Assembly: GCA_965213725.1 (NCBI GenBank)
Contig: OZ243924.1
Coordinates: forward strand, 303,544-367,543
DNA length: 64,000 bases
DNA from: Dehalococcoidia bacterium
GTDB taxonomy: Bacteria > Chloroflexota > Dehalococcoidia > Lucifugimonadales > UBA3495
Direction of reading: 5' to 3'
Position numbers and translations under genes: made by a program
Part shown: positions 17,984 to 26,843 of the stretch, one piece after another
How positions within the stretch are numbered: position 1 is the stretch's first letter
How the letters are laid out: each line of letters opens with the position of its first letter
Notes under the pieces: model-generated
What the model was told of the DNA's origin: nothing
What the model saw: only the letters and a program-made list of their open reading frames with translations
Database searches by the model: none

Positions 17984-18341
17984 CTGCCTGTTACGCCCTC
18001 GCTTGATAATCTCCCGGTAGCAGGGACGGCGGTAGGAGGGACGGCATTTTGGCACTCTACCTGATGGCCGGTCAGCCCATCCGGCCGTCTCCCTCATATC
18101 TCCCGGCCGCGCGTTGGGAAACAAGTGTAAACGCAAGGGTGGGCGTTAACCAGCCGCTGCGGTCATCAATTCGCGCCAGGGTATTTTCAACCCGTGCTGG
18201 CAACGCGCTATTTCCGCTATTAACCGTCATTCCCGTCCCGCTGCCAACCGAGAATGCCCGCGCCATTGCGCCGGGAACCGCCAGAACCTATATTAAGGCC
18301 CATTGGCGAGCCAATGCGACATATTGGAAAAGGTATTACTG

Positions 18342-19226
18342 ATGCACGGGTATCCTGCTGACGAGTGGACTCGATACGGGGGCCTGCGAATGCACGTCCG
18401 CAACTGGGGCGGGAAGGGCCGGCCCGTGGTGTTGCTGCACGGGTTAGCCTCCACCTGCCGCATCTGGGACTTCGTTGCTCCCCTATTAGCGCGTGATTTC
18501 GCCGTAATCGCCGTTGACCAGAGGGGGCATGGCGACAGCGGCAAGCCGGAGCACGGCTACGATTTCGCCAGCGTGGGCCGGGATGTGGCGGCCTTGCTGG
18601 AAGGCCGGGGCATAGAGCGTCCGGTGCTGGCGGGCCACTCTTGGGGGGCCGACGTCGCGCTGGAGCTGGCGGCGGCTAGGCCGGAGTTGCTGCAAGGCAT
18701 AGTGTTCGTGGACGGCGGCACCATTGACGCCTCGGCCCGATACGATACGCTGGACGATGCCCTAGCGCAGATGGCGCCGCCCGATTTCAGCGGAGTGACC
18801 GTAGCCCAGTTCCTCGAGCGCGTCCGGTCAGGCGGCCAGTGGGCCACGCTCATCTGGCAGCACGGCGCGGCGGCCGAGCAGATTATCCTCGCCAACTTCG
18901 AGACGCTGGAAGACGGAACGCTGCGGGCCAAGCTCTCGCGGGACAACCACCTGCGAATCATACGGGCGCTATGGGAACACCACCCCCGCGAGCTTTACCC
19001 GCAGGTGAATTGCCCGGTGCTGATGCTGCCAGCCCGTCAACAGGCCAACCCCGATGCCTACGAGCGCACTCTGGCCCGTTCCGAATCCATCGCGGCGGCA
19101 GAGAGACTGCTTCCCAACAGCAAGACGGTCTGGCTGGAGCACAGCATCCACGACGTGCCGGTACAACGCCCGGAACTGGTGGCGGGAACTATTCGGGAGC
19201 ATATACTAGCGGGATTCTTCGATTAG
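18342..19226 (+). CDS. alpha/beta-fold hydrolase
   Basis: VVLLHGLASTCRIWDFVAPLLARDFAVIAVDQRGHGDS is present, as is the nucleophile elbow GHSWGA. ATG 18342 is preferred over the track's TTG 18303. Confidence 0.8.
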   Translation: MHGYPADEWTRYGGLRMHVRNWGGKGRPVVLLHGLASTCRIWDFVAPLLARDFAVIAVDQRGHGDSGKPEHGYDFASVGRDVAALLEGRGIERPVLAGHSWGADVALELAAARPELLQGIVFVDGGTIDASARYDTLDDALAQMAPPDFSGVTVAQFLERVRSGGQWATLIWQHGAAAEQIILANFETLEDGTLRAKLSRDNHLRIIRALWEHHPRELYPQVNCPVLMLPARQQANPDAYERTLARSESIAAAERLLPNSKTVWLEHSIHDVPVQRPELVAGTIREHILAGFFD

Positions 19227-19285
19227 CCCGCAACCCCTTCTCCCTCTGAAAAAGGGTTAGGACGGACACCCTGACAAGGAGCGCT

Positions 19286-20050
19286 ATGGCATCAGTGGAT
19301 TACTCGGCGCTGGACCACATCGGCATTTCGATGAACGCCTTCTACCCTCGGAAGAACTGGGCCGCCGCGCCGCCGGGGGCCAGCGACCACGCCGTAGCCG
19401 TGGCGGACGGAATCTCCCTTTCCGGCCGCTTCTTTTCCGCAGCCGTTACAGCTCCGAATATCCTGTTCTTCTACGGCAACGGCGAGACGGCCAGCGACTA
19501 CAACGGCATAGCCCCCCTGTACACCCGGATCGGCGTCAACTTCTTCGTGGCCGACTACCGGGGCTATGGCCGCAGCGGAGGCTGGCCGTCCTTCACCACG
19601 ATGCTGGCCGACTCAGTGAAAGCGCTGGACTACGTGGAGGGGATGCTCCGGTCCCAAGATTACACCGGGGGCATATTCGTCATGGGCCGCTCCATGGGCC
19701 GACATTCCGCCTTCGAGCTGGCCGCCAATCACGGCGGGCGTCTGGGCGGCGTCATCATCGAAAGCGGACGGCCCATCCTCGGCAACTTCGTCTATGGCCT
19801 GCCCCCGCAGGAGGCTGAGGCGCTGGAAACCGCCTACCAGGAAAAAGTGGCCTCCATCGCCATTCCGTCCCTGGTGATTCACGGGGAAGAGGACACCCTC
19901 GCCCCGGTGCAGCAGGCCATCCAGATGCACCGGCTCTTCCAGTCGGAAAACAAGCGCCTGCTCACCATACCCGGCGCAGGCCACAACGACCTGCTGTATT
20001 ATGGAAGGGAAGAATACTTTTCCGCCATCAAAGAGTTCACGGGCGCGTAG
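19286..20050 (+). CDS. alpha/beta-fold hydrolase (S9/S33-like serine hydrolase)
   Basis: 254 aa. YRGYGRSGG, the nucleophile elbow GRSMGR and ...IHGEEDTLAP...GAGHND are present. SD AAGGAG lies upstream of the start. Confidence 0.75.
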   Translation: MASVDYSALDHIGISMNAFYPRKNWAAAPPGASDHAVAVADGISLSGRFFSAAVTAPNILFFYGNGETASDYNGIAPLYTRIGVNFFVADYRGYGRSGGWPSFTTMLADSVKALDYVEGMLRSQDYTGGIFVMGRSMGRHSAFELAANHGGRLGGVIIESGRPILGNFVYGLPPQEAEALETAYQEKVASIAIPSLVIHGEEDTLAPVQQAIQMHRLFQSENKRLLTIPGAGHNDLLYYGREEYFSAIKEFTGA

Positions 20051-20061
20051 GGGGAACCAGG

Positions 20062-20931
20062 ATGCCAAGAGTAGTGCGGGCCGGGCTCATCCAGGCCGGG
20101 ATCGGGCGGGACGCGCCGGAGGATATAGCGGCCCTCAGACGGTTCATGCTCGACAAGCACGTCGCGCTCATCGAAGCTGCGGCCGGGATGAACGTTGAAG
20201 TCCTGTGCCTTCAGGAACTCTTCTACGGCCCCTATTTCCCCGCCGAGCAGCATGACCGCTGGCGGCAGTTGGCCGAGCCTGTTCCCGGCGGCCCGACGGT
20301 AAGGCTGATGCAGGAGTTGGCGCAGAAGTTCCGTATGGTCATGATCGTTCCCGTGTACGAAGAGGAGATGGCCGGCGTGTACTACAACACTGCCGCCGTG
20401 CTGGACTCCGATGGGGCCTACCTCGGCAAATACCGCAAGACCCACTTGCCCCATCTTGCGCCCGGCTTCTGGGAGAAGTTCTACTTCCGGCCCGGCAACT
20501 TGGGCTATCCGGTGTTCGGCACGGCCCGGGGCAAGGTGGGCGTTTATATCTGCTACGACCGCCACTTCCCCGAGGGCGCCCGGGCCCTTGGCCTGGCCGG
20601 CGCCGAGATGGTGTTCAACCCCTCGGCAACCGTCGCCGGGCTGTCGGAACACCTCTGGCGGCTGGAGCAGCCAGCCCACGCCGTAGCCAATGGCTACTTC
20701 GTCGGCGCCATCAACCGGGTGGGCGTGGAGCAGCCGTGGGAAATCGGCGAGTTCTACGGCAACAGCTATTTTTGCAACCCCAGGGGACAGATCATCGCCC
20801 AAGCTTCCCGTGACCGCGATGAGGTAATCGCAGCCAACCTGGACCTGGACGAGATCGCCGAAGTCCGCGCCACGTGGCAGTTCTACCGAGACCGCCGCCC
20901 GGACGCCTATGGGGAGTTGACCGCGCCATGA
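20062..20931 (+). CDS. carbon-nitrogen hydrolase, beta-ureidopropionase / N-carbamoyl-amidase-like
   Basis: 289 aa. VRAGLIQ... is present. The triad contexts are CLQELF (Glu), YRKTHLP (Lys) and VYICYDRHFPE (Cys). Confidence 0.8.
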   Translation: MPRVVRAGLIQAGIGRDAPEDIAALRRFMLDKHVALIEAAAGMNVEVLCLQELFYGPYFPAEQHDRWRQLAEPVPGGPTVRLMQELAQKFRMVMIVPVYEEEMAGVYYNTAAVLDSDGAYLGKYRKTHLPHLAPGFWEKFYFRPGNLGYPVFGTARGKVGVYICYDRHFPEGARALGLAGAEMVFNPSATVAGLSEHLWRLEQPAHAVANGYFVGAINRVGVEQPWEIGEFYGNSYFCNPRGQIIAQASRDRDEVIAANLDLDEIAEVRATWQFYRDRRPDAYGELTAP

Positions 20932-20956
20932 AGCCTCCCGCGGAGTTGGGACCGGA

Positions 20957-22017
20957 ATGCTCGGAGTTATCCCTGCTCCCCGTCAACGTCAAGGTAAAAG
21001 GGAGTCAACGGATTCATCATCGCCAAAGTTCACGTTAGCCCTGGCAGCGCTGACCGTCGCCATCCTGATAGCGGGCGGTTACCTTTGCATCAGGGATTCT
21101 CGGAAAACCGGGTACTGGGCTGCTTGGCGTCCGATCGTCATATTCGGCGGGTTCGCGCTGGCGTACCTTGTCCTGGTTATCACGGCTACGATGTCCGGCT
21201 CTACCCTAGCATGGGATTCAGGCCAGATACCTGACCCCTTTGTACGTTCCGCTGCTGATAGCGGCAGCATTTGCGCTGGAACGGCTCCTTGGCTATGAAC
21301 GGGAAAGAAAGTTGCTGGGAAGCGCCGGAAATCTGCCCCTAATCAGATCATTGGCGCAAGGACGCGGGCAAAACACCAGCTTGCTGGCGGTTATCCTGGT
21401 CATAGCGGCTTCGTTGTGGCTGGCGGGTCAGGTCGCTTCACAGGTCGTCGAAATAAGCCGAGCTAACTCCGAAGGAAGCGGCTACGGCGGAAAACTCTGG
21501 GCCGAGTCCGAGACGCTGCGGTATACCCGGGAGAATCCTTCTCCGGCCAAGTGTGGTCCAACAATCCGGTCGTCTGGAGCCGGTAGCTGAATTGAGCGGC
21601 GGGCTTATATTCCGGGTGAACCGGAATTATGCCGCCTCCTCAAATCCATACCGATTGACCTATGCGGCCATCGCTTCCGGCGATTTCGGAGAACCGGAAG
21701 CTCAATCCGTCTTTGATTTATATCTCAAAGGCGATACTTTGACTTACTTTAAGAGTCCCTGCGGCCCTTCGGACACGGATGCGAAGTTCTTTCTACACCT
21801 GATTCCCGCCAATAGAGATGAGCTGCCCGACGGGCGAAAGCAGCACGGATTTGACAATATCCACTTTGACTTCGACCGGCGCGGAGCGATGTTCAACGGG
21901 AAATGCCTGACGAGCATTCCGCTCCCAAGCTACGATATAATCAGAATCCGCACCGGTCAGGTCATCTATGGCGCCGGGCAGATCTGGAAGGCGGAGTTTA
22001 CATTCCCGCCGGAATGA
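20957..22017 (+). pseudogene. decayed 3' remnant of a membrane glycosyltransferase-like gene (several frame breaks)
   Basis: Three short ORFs in three frames (20957..21298, 21240..21590, 21553..22017) read like one protein. Two TM helices come first. After a frame switch near 21200 comes RYLTPLYVPLLIAAAFALE and a further TM helix. A second break near 21545 follows, where the third frame reads GQVWSNNPVVWSR-stop. Finally a soluble C-terminal domain reads FDLYLKGDTLTYFKSPCGPSDTDAKFFLHLIPANRDELPDGRKQHGFDNIHFDFD...IIRIRTGQ. The N-terminal bulk is absent. The GC of the lines counted is about 48-53 %. Confidence 0.45.
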
Positions 22018-22201
22018 TGAATGCCGTTGCCGCGGCGGCGGCGAACTCCGCCCGCCCCTGCGAGCGCTCAAGAGCGGCTGCAACACCCGCCGGAAAAACA
22101 ACGCAGTCAACCGGCTATGCCGGAAACCATGGCATCGGCGCGCGGCTGACGGCAGCCGCCGGAACCAATGGTTCCCCGTAATAGTTGAGTAACCGGATAC
22201 G

Positions 22202-22210
22202 TGCTACAAT
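22202..22210 (+). promoter_or_regulatory. putative extended -10 promoter (TGcTACAAT)
   Basis: TG-n-TACAAT ends 43 nt upstream of ATG 22254. TTGAGT at 22185-22190 has only a 14-nt spacer, so it is not a proper -35 element. Confidence 0.35.
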
Positions 22211-22253
22211 CGGCGCAGTTCCCCAACTCGGGTATTCAGCCCCGTTCTGGTAA

Positions 22254-23366
22254 ATGATGGTTTCGCATAGCAATAGGGCGCGGCTCCACGAGGTTGACGA
22301 GACCCCGGATGCCATTGAAGAATGCTACCGGCAGGGCTGGACCGACGGCCTGCCGGTGGTGCCGCCAACGCTGGAGCGGGTGGAGGCGATGCTGAAAGCC
22401 GTCTCGCTCCCGCCGGAACAGGTTTTGGGCCAAGTGCCGGTTCGGCGAAGGGCGTTAACCGCCGAGCGGGCCGCGGCCAACGCCGTTATGGCGGGCTGCC
22501 TTCCCGAGCACTTTCCGGTGGTGCTGGCTACGATGGACGCCATGTTCCGGCATGACCCCAACTGCATTCACGAAGCGTCGGCGGCGACCAATTCGCCGGG
22601 TATCCTGATACTGGTCAACGGGCCTATCCGCCACGAAATCGGCCTCAACTGCGCCGGCAACCTGTTCAGCCCCGGAAATCGCGCCAACGCCACCATCGGG
22701 CGGGCCATCCGGCTCATCCTCATCAACGTGTTCGAGCAGCGCCCCAACATCCTCGACCGGGGCTGTATGGGGTCGCTGACCAAGTTTGGCGTCTGCATCG
22801 GAGAGGACGAGGAACGCAGCCCGTGGGAGCCGTTCCACGTTTCCCGGGGCTTCGACGCCGGCCAGTCCACCGTGACGGTGGCGACGGTGCAGGACCCGGA
22901 GATGCTGGGCAACCGCTACGGCGTCACCGCCGAGAGCCTGATGGACGCTACCGCAGATGCAATGTCCAGCCACGGATTGGGAATTTACCTGAATGACGCC
23001 CCCTGGTTCTGGGTGGTGGGCCACTGGCACGCTGAAATGTTGGGACGCCAAGGCTGGAGCCGTCATCAAATCCAAGAATACGTTTACGAGAAAGCGTGGC
23101 GCAGCCGCGCGCAGATGAAGCGGCTGGGCGCGGTCAACGGCCCCATTGTTGACGGCGATGAGGATACCCGCGTCCCCGCCGCGCCCTCGCCGGAGGGCAT
23201 TCTGGTGCTGAAAGCCGGGGGCGACAGCGGCATATACAGCGAGCTGCTGATGAACTATCATGGCCTGCCCGCTATCACCATTCCCATCCGCGATTCATGG
23301 GAAAACTTCAGGGCGCCCGAATCCGATGAGGAAGGGACGCCCCGCCCTATCCCGGGAGGGGAATAA
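22254..23366 (+). CDS. hypothetical protein, 370 aa, family not recognised
   Basis: The codon bias is clean (G/C at third positions). Notable blocks are ECYRQGWTDGLPVVPPT, AANAVMAGCLPEHFPVV and RANATIGRAIRLILINV. There are no TM segments and no motif I can name. Confidence 0.7.
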   Translation: MMVSHSNRARLHEVDETPDAIEECYRQGWTDGLPVVPPTLERVEAMLKAVSLPPEQVLGQVPVRRRALTAERAAANAVMAGCLPEHFPVVLATMDAMFRHDPNCIHEASAATNSPGILILVNGPIRHEIGLNCAGNLFSPGNRANATIGRAIRLILINVFEQRPNILDRGCMGSLTKFGVCIGEDEERSPWEPFHVSRGFDAGQSTVTVATVQDPEMLGNRYGVTAESLMDATADAMSSHGLGIYLNDAPWFWVVGHWHAEMLGRQGWSRHQIQEYVYEKAWRSRAQMKRLGAVNGPIVDGDEDTRVPAAPSPEGILVLKAGGDSGIYSELLMNYHGLPAITIPIRDSWENFRAPESDEEGTPRPIPGGE

Positions 23367-23390
23367 CCCTACCAGCCAAGGGAGGCGCAA

Positions 23391-23948
23391 GTGACTACGG
23401 CAACGCAGCACAAGATTCAACTGGTGGATCCCACCGGAGCCAACCCAGGGCCCAATCCGCTGACCCTAGCGGAACGGCCCGCCGACATCCGGGGCAAGCG
23501 GCTGGCCTTGCTGGACAACTCCAAGGCCAACTCGGACGTAATCCTCCGCGCCATCAGCGACATACTCAACGATGAGTTCGAGTTCGCCCAAGTCTTTTAT
23601 GTCAAGAAGCACAGCGCCTCGCTGCCGCCCAAGCCGGAGGTGATGGCGGAACTGCACCGCCACGCCGACCTGATTGTCACCGGCATTGGCGATTGAGGGG
23701 GCTGCTCGTCGGGCAGTTTGCACGACGGAATCACCCTGGAGCGGCGGGGCTTCCCCACCGCCACCATCATCACCGACGTATTCGTCACCACGGCCCAAGC
23801 CTATACCAAACTGATGGGAGTGCCCGGCTTCCCCTACATCGTCTGCCCGCATCCCATCACCAACGTCGGGGCCATCGGGCTGGAGCGGCGGGCCAAACTG
23901 CTGGCCCCGCAGGTGGCGAAGCTGCTGCAACAAGGCGCGCCGGATTAA
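23391..23948 (+). CDS. candidate selenoprotein, 185 aa, with TGA 23694-23696 read as Sec in a D-U-G-G-C (UxxC) motif
   Basis: The ORFs 23391..23696 and 23718..23948 are in the same frame, with only the TGA between them. The downstream half keeps strong third-position G/C bias from the first codon after the TGA. It has no SD or ATG/GTG start of its own. The GTG 23391 start has a GGGAGG SD. Local context is LIVTGIGD-U-GGCSSGSLHDGITLERRGFPT. Confidence 0.55.
23706..23728 (+). promoter_or_regulatory. candidate bacterial SECIS-like hairpin
   Basis: The fold is UCGUCG-G-GCA-(GUU)-UGC-A-CGACGG. It has a 5-bp lower stem plus a U-G pair, a G/A mismatch, a 3-bp upper stem and an apical GUU loop. The stem base lies 9 nt after the UGA and the loop 20-22 nt after it. 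An alternative, mutually exclusive fold is GGCUGC-UCGUCGG-GCAGUU at 23700-23718. Confidence 0.3.
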
Positions 23949-23964
23949 CCGGCGTCCTTGTCCC

Positions 23965-23994
23965 GGCCCCAAGGCTGACGGCCCCAAGGCTGAC
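23965..23994. repeat. perfect tandem duplication of a 15-mer
   Basis: ggccccaaggctgac occurs at 23965-23979 and again at 23980-23994. It lies in the 77-nt spacer between the candidate selenoprotein gene and the SDR gene. Confidence 0.9.
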
Positions 23995-24025
23995 AAAGGT
24001 ATCAAATCTGGGTTGTGGAGCGCGT

Positions 24026-24856
24026 ATGACGTCTGAGCGAGGAACCCGGTTGAGCAACAAGGTCGCCATTGTCACCGGAGCCGGGGCCACCGGCAGCGGC
24101 GAATTCGTGGGCATCGGGCAGGCCATCTCCATCCTGTTCGCCCGGCAGGGGGCCAGTGTTCTGCTGGTGGACCGGGAGGAGCGCAACGCCGAGACCACCC
24201 TGGCGATGATTCGGGAAGAAGGCGGGGAGGCTTCCATTTTCGCCGGCGACGTCACCAGCAACGATGACTGCCGGGCCATGGGCGATGCCGCCAAGTCCCG
24301 TTACGGCAACGTTAACGTGTTGATAAACAACGTCGGCATCAGCGGCCCAGGCTCGGTCACCGACGTGGCCGAAGACTTCTGGGACACGGTGATGGACGTG
24401 AACCTGAAGAGCGTAATGCTCACCAGCAAGCACGCCATCCCGCAGATGATTGAGGCCGGCGGCGGCTCCATCGTCAACCTGTCGTCCATCGTGGGCCTGC
24501 GGGCCGGCAGCGGGCGGCCCAGCCACCCTTACGCCGCCTCCAAGGGCGGCATCATCGGCCTGAGCAACTCCATGGCAGTGCATTACGGGCGGGACAACGT
24601 GCGGGTCAACTGCATTGCCCCCGGCCACGTCCACAGCCCCATGGTGGCCCGCCACACCTCGCCGGAAATGCTGGACTTGCGCCGCCGCGCCGGGCCGCTG
24701 GGCATCGAAGGCACGCCTTGGGACGTGGCCTACGCCGCCCTGTTCCTGGCCTCCGACGAATCGCGCTGGGTCTCAGGCGTAACGCTGCCGGTGGACGCCG
24801 GACTGCTGGCGGCCACGCCGCTGGCGATGTTCCCCCACCTGCGCGACCCGGAATAG
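24026..24856 (+). CDS. SDR-family oxidoreductase
   Basis: The track ORF 23693..24856 is an artefactual 5' extension. The conserved start is MTSERGTRLSNKVAIVTGAG at ATG 24026. TGxxxGxG-type cofactor motif, NNVG and the catalytic YAASKGG (YxxxK) are present. Confidence 0.9.
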   Translation: MTSERGTRLSNKVAIVTGAGATGSGEFVGIGQAISILFARQGASVLLVDREERNAETTLAMIREEGGEASIFAGDVTSNDDCRAMGDAAKSRYGNVNVLINNVGISGPGSVTDVAEDFWDTVMDVNLKSVMLTSKHAIPQMIEAGGGSIVNLSSIVGLRAGSGRPSHPYAASKGGIIGLSNSMAVHYGRDNVRVNCIAPGHVHSPMVARHTSPEMLDLRRRAGPLGIEGTPWDVAYAALFLASDESRWVSGVTLPVDAGLLAATPLAMFPHLRDPE

Positions 24857-24880
24857 GGGGATATTCGACGCAAGGGCGCA

Positions 24881-25477
24881 ATGACGCAAAGCCGCAGAGA
24901 GGATGCTATGCCCGAAACATCCGAAAGAGCCGACATACCCGAAATTTCCCAAGACCCGGAAACGCCCCCGGCGCCCAAGCCGTACCGCAAGCCCTATCCC
25001 CATATGTTGCACCTGATGGTGCAGGAATTGTGGGATCGGGTGCAGGCGCTGGAGGATGCCAACGAAATCCGCAACCTGAAGGCCGAGTATGCCGCGGCCT
25101 GCGACGACAACTACGACCCCCATCGCATAGCCGCGCTGTTCGTCGAGGACGCCGTATGGGAGAGCGAAGGGCTGGGCCGCTTCGAGGGGCGGGAGGCCAT
25201 CCGCGAATTCTTTCGGGGCATATCCAGCCACTTCGTATTCGCCCTTCACTACGGCCTGAACCCGCACATCGAAGTCACCGGCGACACCGCCCGCGCCCGC
25301 TGGTATCTGTTCATGCCCTGCACCATCGGCGACACCGGCCAAGCGATGTGGCGCGCCGGTATTGACGATGAGGAATATGTCCGCGTCAACGGCAAGTGGA
25401 TGTTCGCCAGCAAGAAGTCGGCCCCTATTTTCAACACCACCTACGAGGAGGGCTGGGCCAAGCAACGGTTCGTCTAG
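24881..25477 (+). CDS. SnoaL-like / NTF2-fold protein
   Basis: 198 aa. ALEDANEIRNLKAEYAAACDDNYDP..IAALFVEDAVWES...GREAIREFF is the typical SnoaL_4/NTF2-like pattern. About 40 residues of low-complexity sequence precede it. Confidence 0.7.
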   Translation: MTQSRREDAMPETSERADIPEISQDPETPPAPKPYRKPYPHMLHLMVQELWDRVQALEDANEIRNLKAEYAAACDDNYDPHRIAALFVEDAVWESEGLGRFEGREAIREFFRGISSHFVFALHYGLNPHIEVTGDTARARWYLFMPCTIGDTGQAMWRAGIDDEEYVRVNGKWMFASKKSAPIFNTTYEEGWAKQRFV

Positions 25478-25514
25478 GAAGCGCCTTGGGGCGGCTGAGT
25501 TGCCGCTCTTCCGC

Positions 25515-26726
25515 TCAGCAGCGTACCGGGGCGGTCGGGTAGGCCATTCCCGCTATCACCCCCAGCCCGGTCAGCGCCGACAGCGCAATCAGGCCGGTCT
25601 GTATCGAGCCGGTTAGTTGGGTCACCACGCCGACCAGCATCGGGCCGACGGCGAATCCGACGCCCATAAAGGTCAGGATGAGTCCGGTCAATACCGCCAC
25701 CTCGCGGGGCAGCACGCCGGGGAACTCGAAGGGCAGCACCTGTATCGCCGGGGTGGCTACCCATACCAAGCCCAGCCCGGTGATAAAGACCATCAGCAGA
25801 GCCGGGGCTTCCGAGAGGGTTATGGCGACACCGAACAGCGTGTTGAGCAGGGCCGGAACGGCCAGCAGCGTCTTGCGGCTGCGCAGCTTCGTCAGCAGCC
25901 ACCCGCCGAGGAATCCCGACGGTATCAGCCCATAGTACAGGAAGCCCAGCAGCGGCCCGCCCAGGGTCAGGGCTACGTCGCGCTCCTCCACCCATAGCGT
26001 CGGCAGGAACGTGACCATCCCGGTCCAGGAGGAAGACAGGAACAGCATCACCACCGCAATCAGCCACCCTTGCGGAAACCGCCGCAACGCCAGCCAAGGC
26101 GACTGTTCTTCCTCTTCGTTGGCCGGAGGCGATGGCGGGGCGCGCTTCTCTCGCGCCACCAGCAGCCAGGCTACAATCTGCGCTGTGAAGAAGCCCCCCA
26201 GAACGGCGTAGGCTATGCGCCAGCTTCCCAACTCCTCGATCACCCACGGGCTGAGACTGACGGCCAGCGCCAGAATCACGCTGTGCTGCGACAGTCCCAC
26301 CGACTGCACCAGCGCGTACTGGCGCGGCGCGCACCACTGACGCAGCAACAGGGCGCGGGCCGGGGTGTTCACCGTATGGAACAGGATGAAACAAAACCGC
26401 CCCACCAAGAGCAGCCAGAATCCGGGGGCCAATGCCTGCACGAAGAGGAACGGCGCGCCCAGCAGCAACGACACCAGCGCCAGCGGCACGGGCCGGAACC
26501 TGGAGAACCACGCCCCGAAAGGCAGTGACAATCCTGCGGCGGTGATCCACCATACCCCTTGCAGCAACCCGGCCTGTAACGGCGTAATCCCCAAGTCTTC
26601 CCGGATAAAGGGCAGGAACAACCCGAAGGTGTAGGAAACCAGGATGACGCTGCTCTGCTGGGCGCGAAACAGCAGCAGCACCGCCCAGCCCCTCGGCGGC
26701 GTCCGTTCCACCTCAGCGTTCATCAC
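25515..26726 (-). CDS. MFS transporter
   Basis: 403 aa with about 12 hydrophobic helices and the MFS-type loop GRFCFILF.../ALLLRQW. It is convergent with the SnoaL gene. Confidence 0.8.
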   Translation of the reverse strand: MMNAEVERTPPRGWAVLLLFRAQQSSVILVSYTFGLFLPFIREDLGITPLQAGLLQGVWWITAAGLSLPFGAWFSRFRPVPLALVSLLLGAPFLFVQALAPGFWLLLVGRFCFILFHTVNTPARALLLRQWCAPRQYALVQSVGLSQHSVILALAVSLSPWVIEELGSWRIAYAVLGGFFTAQIVAWLLVAREKRAPPSPPANEEEEQSPWLALRRFPQGWLIAVVMLFLSSSWTGMVTFLPTLWVEERDVALTLGGPLLGFLYYGLIPSGFLGGWLLTKLRSRKTLLAVPALLNTLFGVAITLSEAPALLMVFITGLGLVWVATPAIQVLPFEFPGVLPREVAVLTGLILTFMGVGFAVGPMLVGVVTQLTGSIQTGLIALSALTGLGVIAGMAYPTAPVRC

Positions 26727-26843
26727 GAATTAGCAAACGCCACGAATTATCAAACGCCGAGTGCGCCGGGAATGTCGAGTCTTCATATATTTTCCCGGCG
26801 AGCTTGACGCGCCAGGCGCTTAATCCGTCCTACTCTTGCCGTC

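Noticed and set aside
23693-24025. A 5' extension of the SDR ORF (track 23693..24856) that overlaps the second half of the candidate selenoprotein in another frame.
   Set aside because: The extension is Arg/His/Pro-rich nonsense. SDR homology and the SD/ATG begin at 24026, and the other frame shows the proper codon bias.
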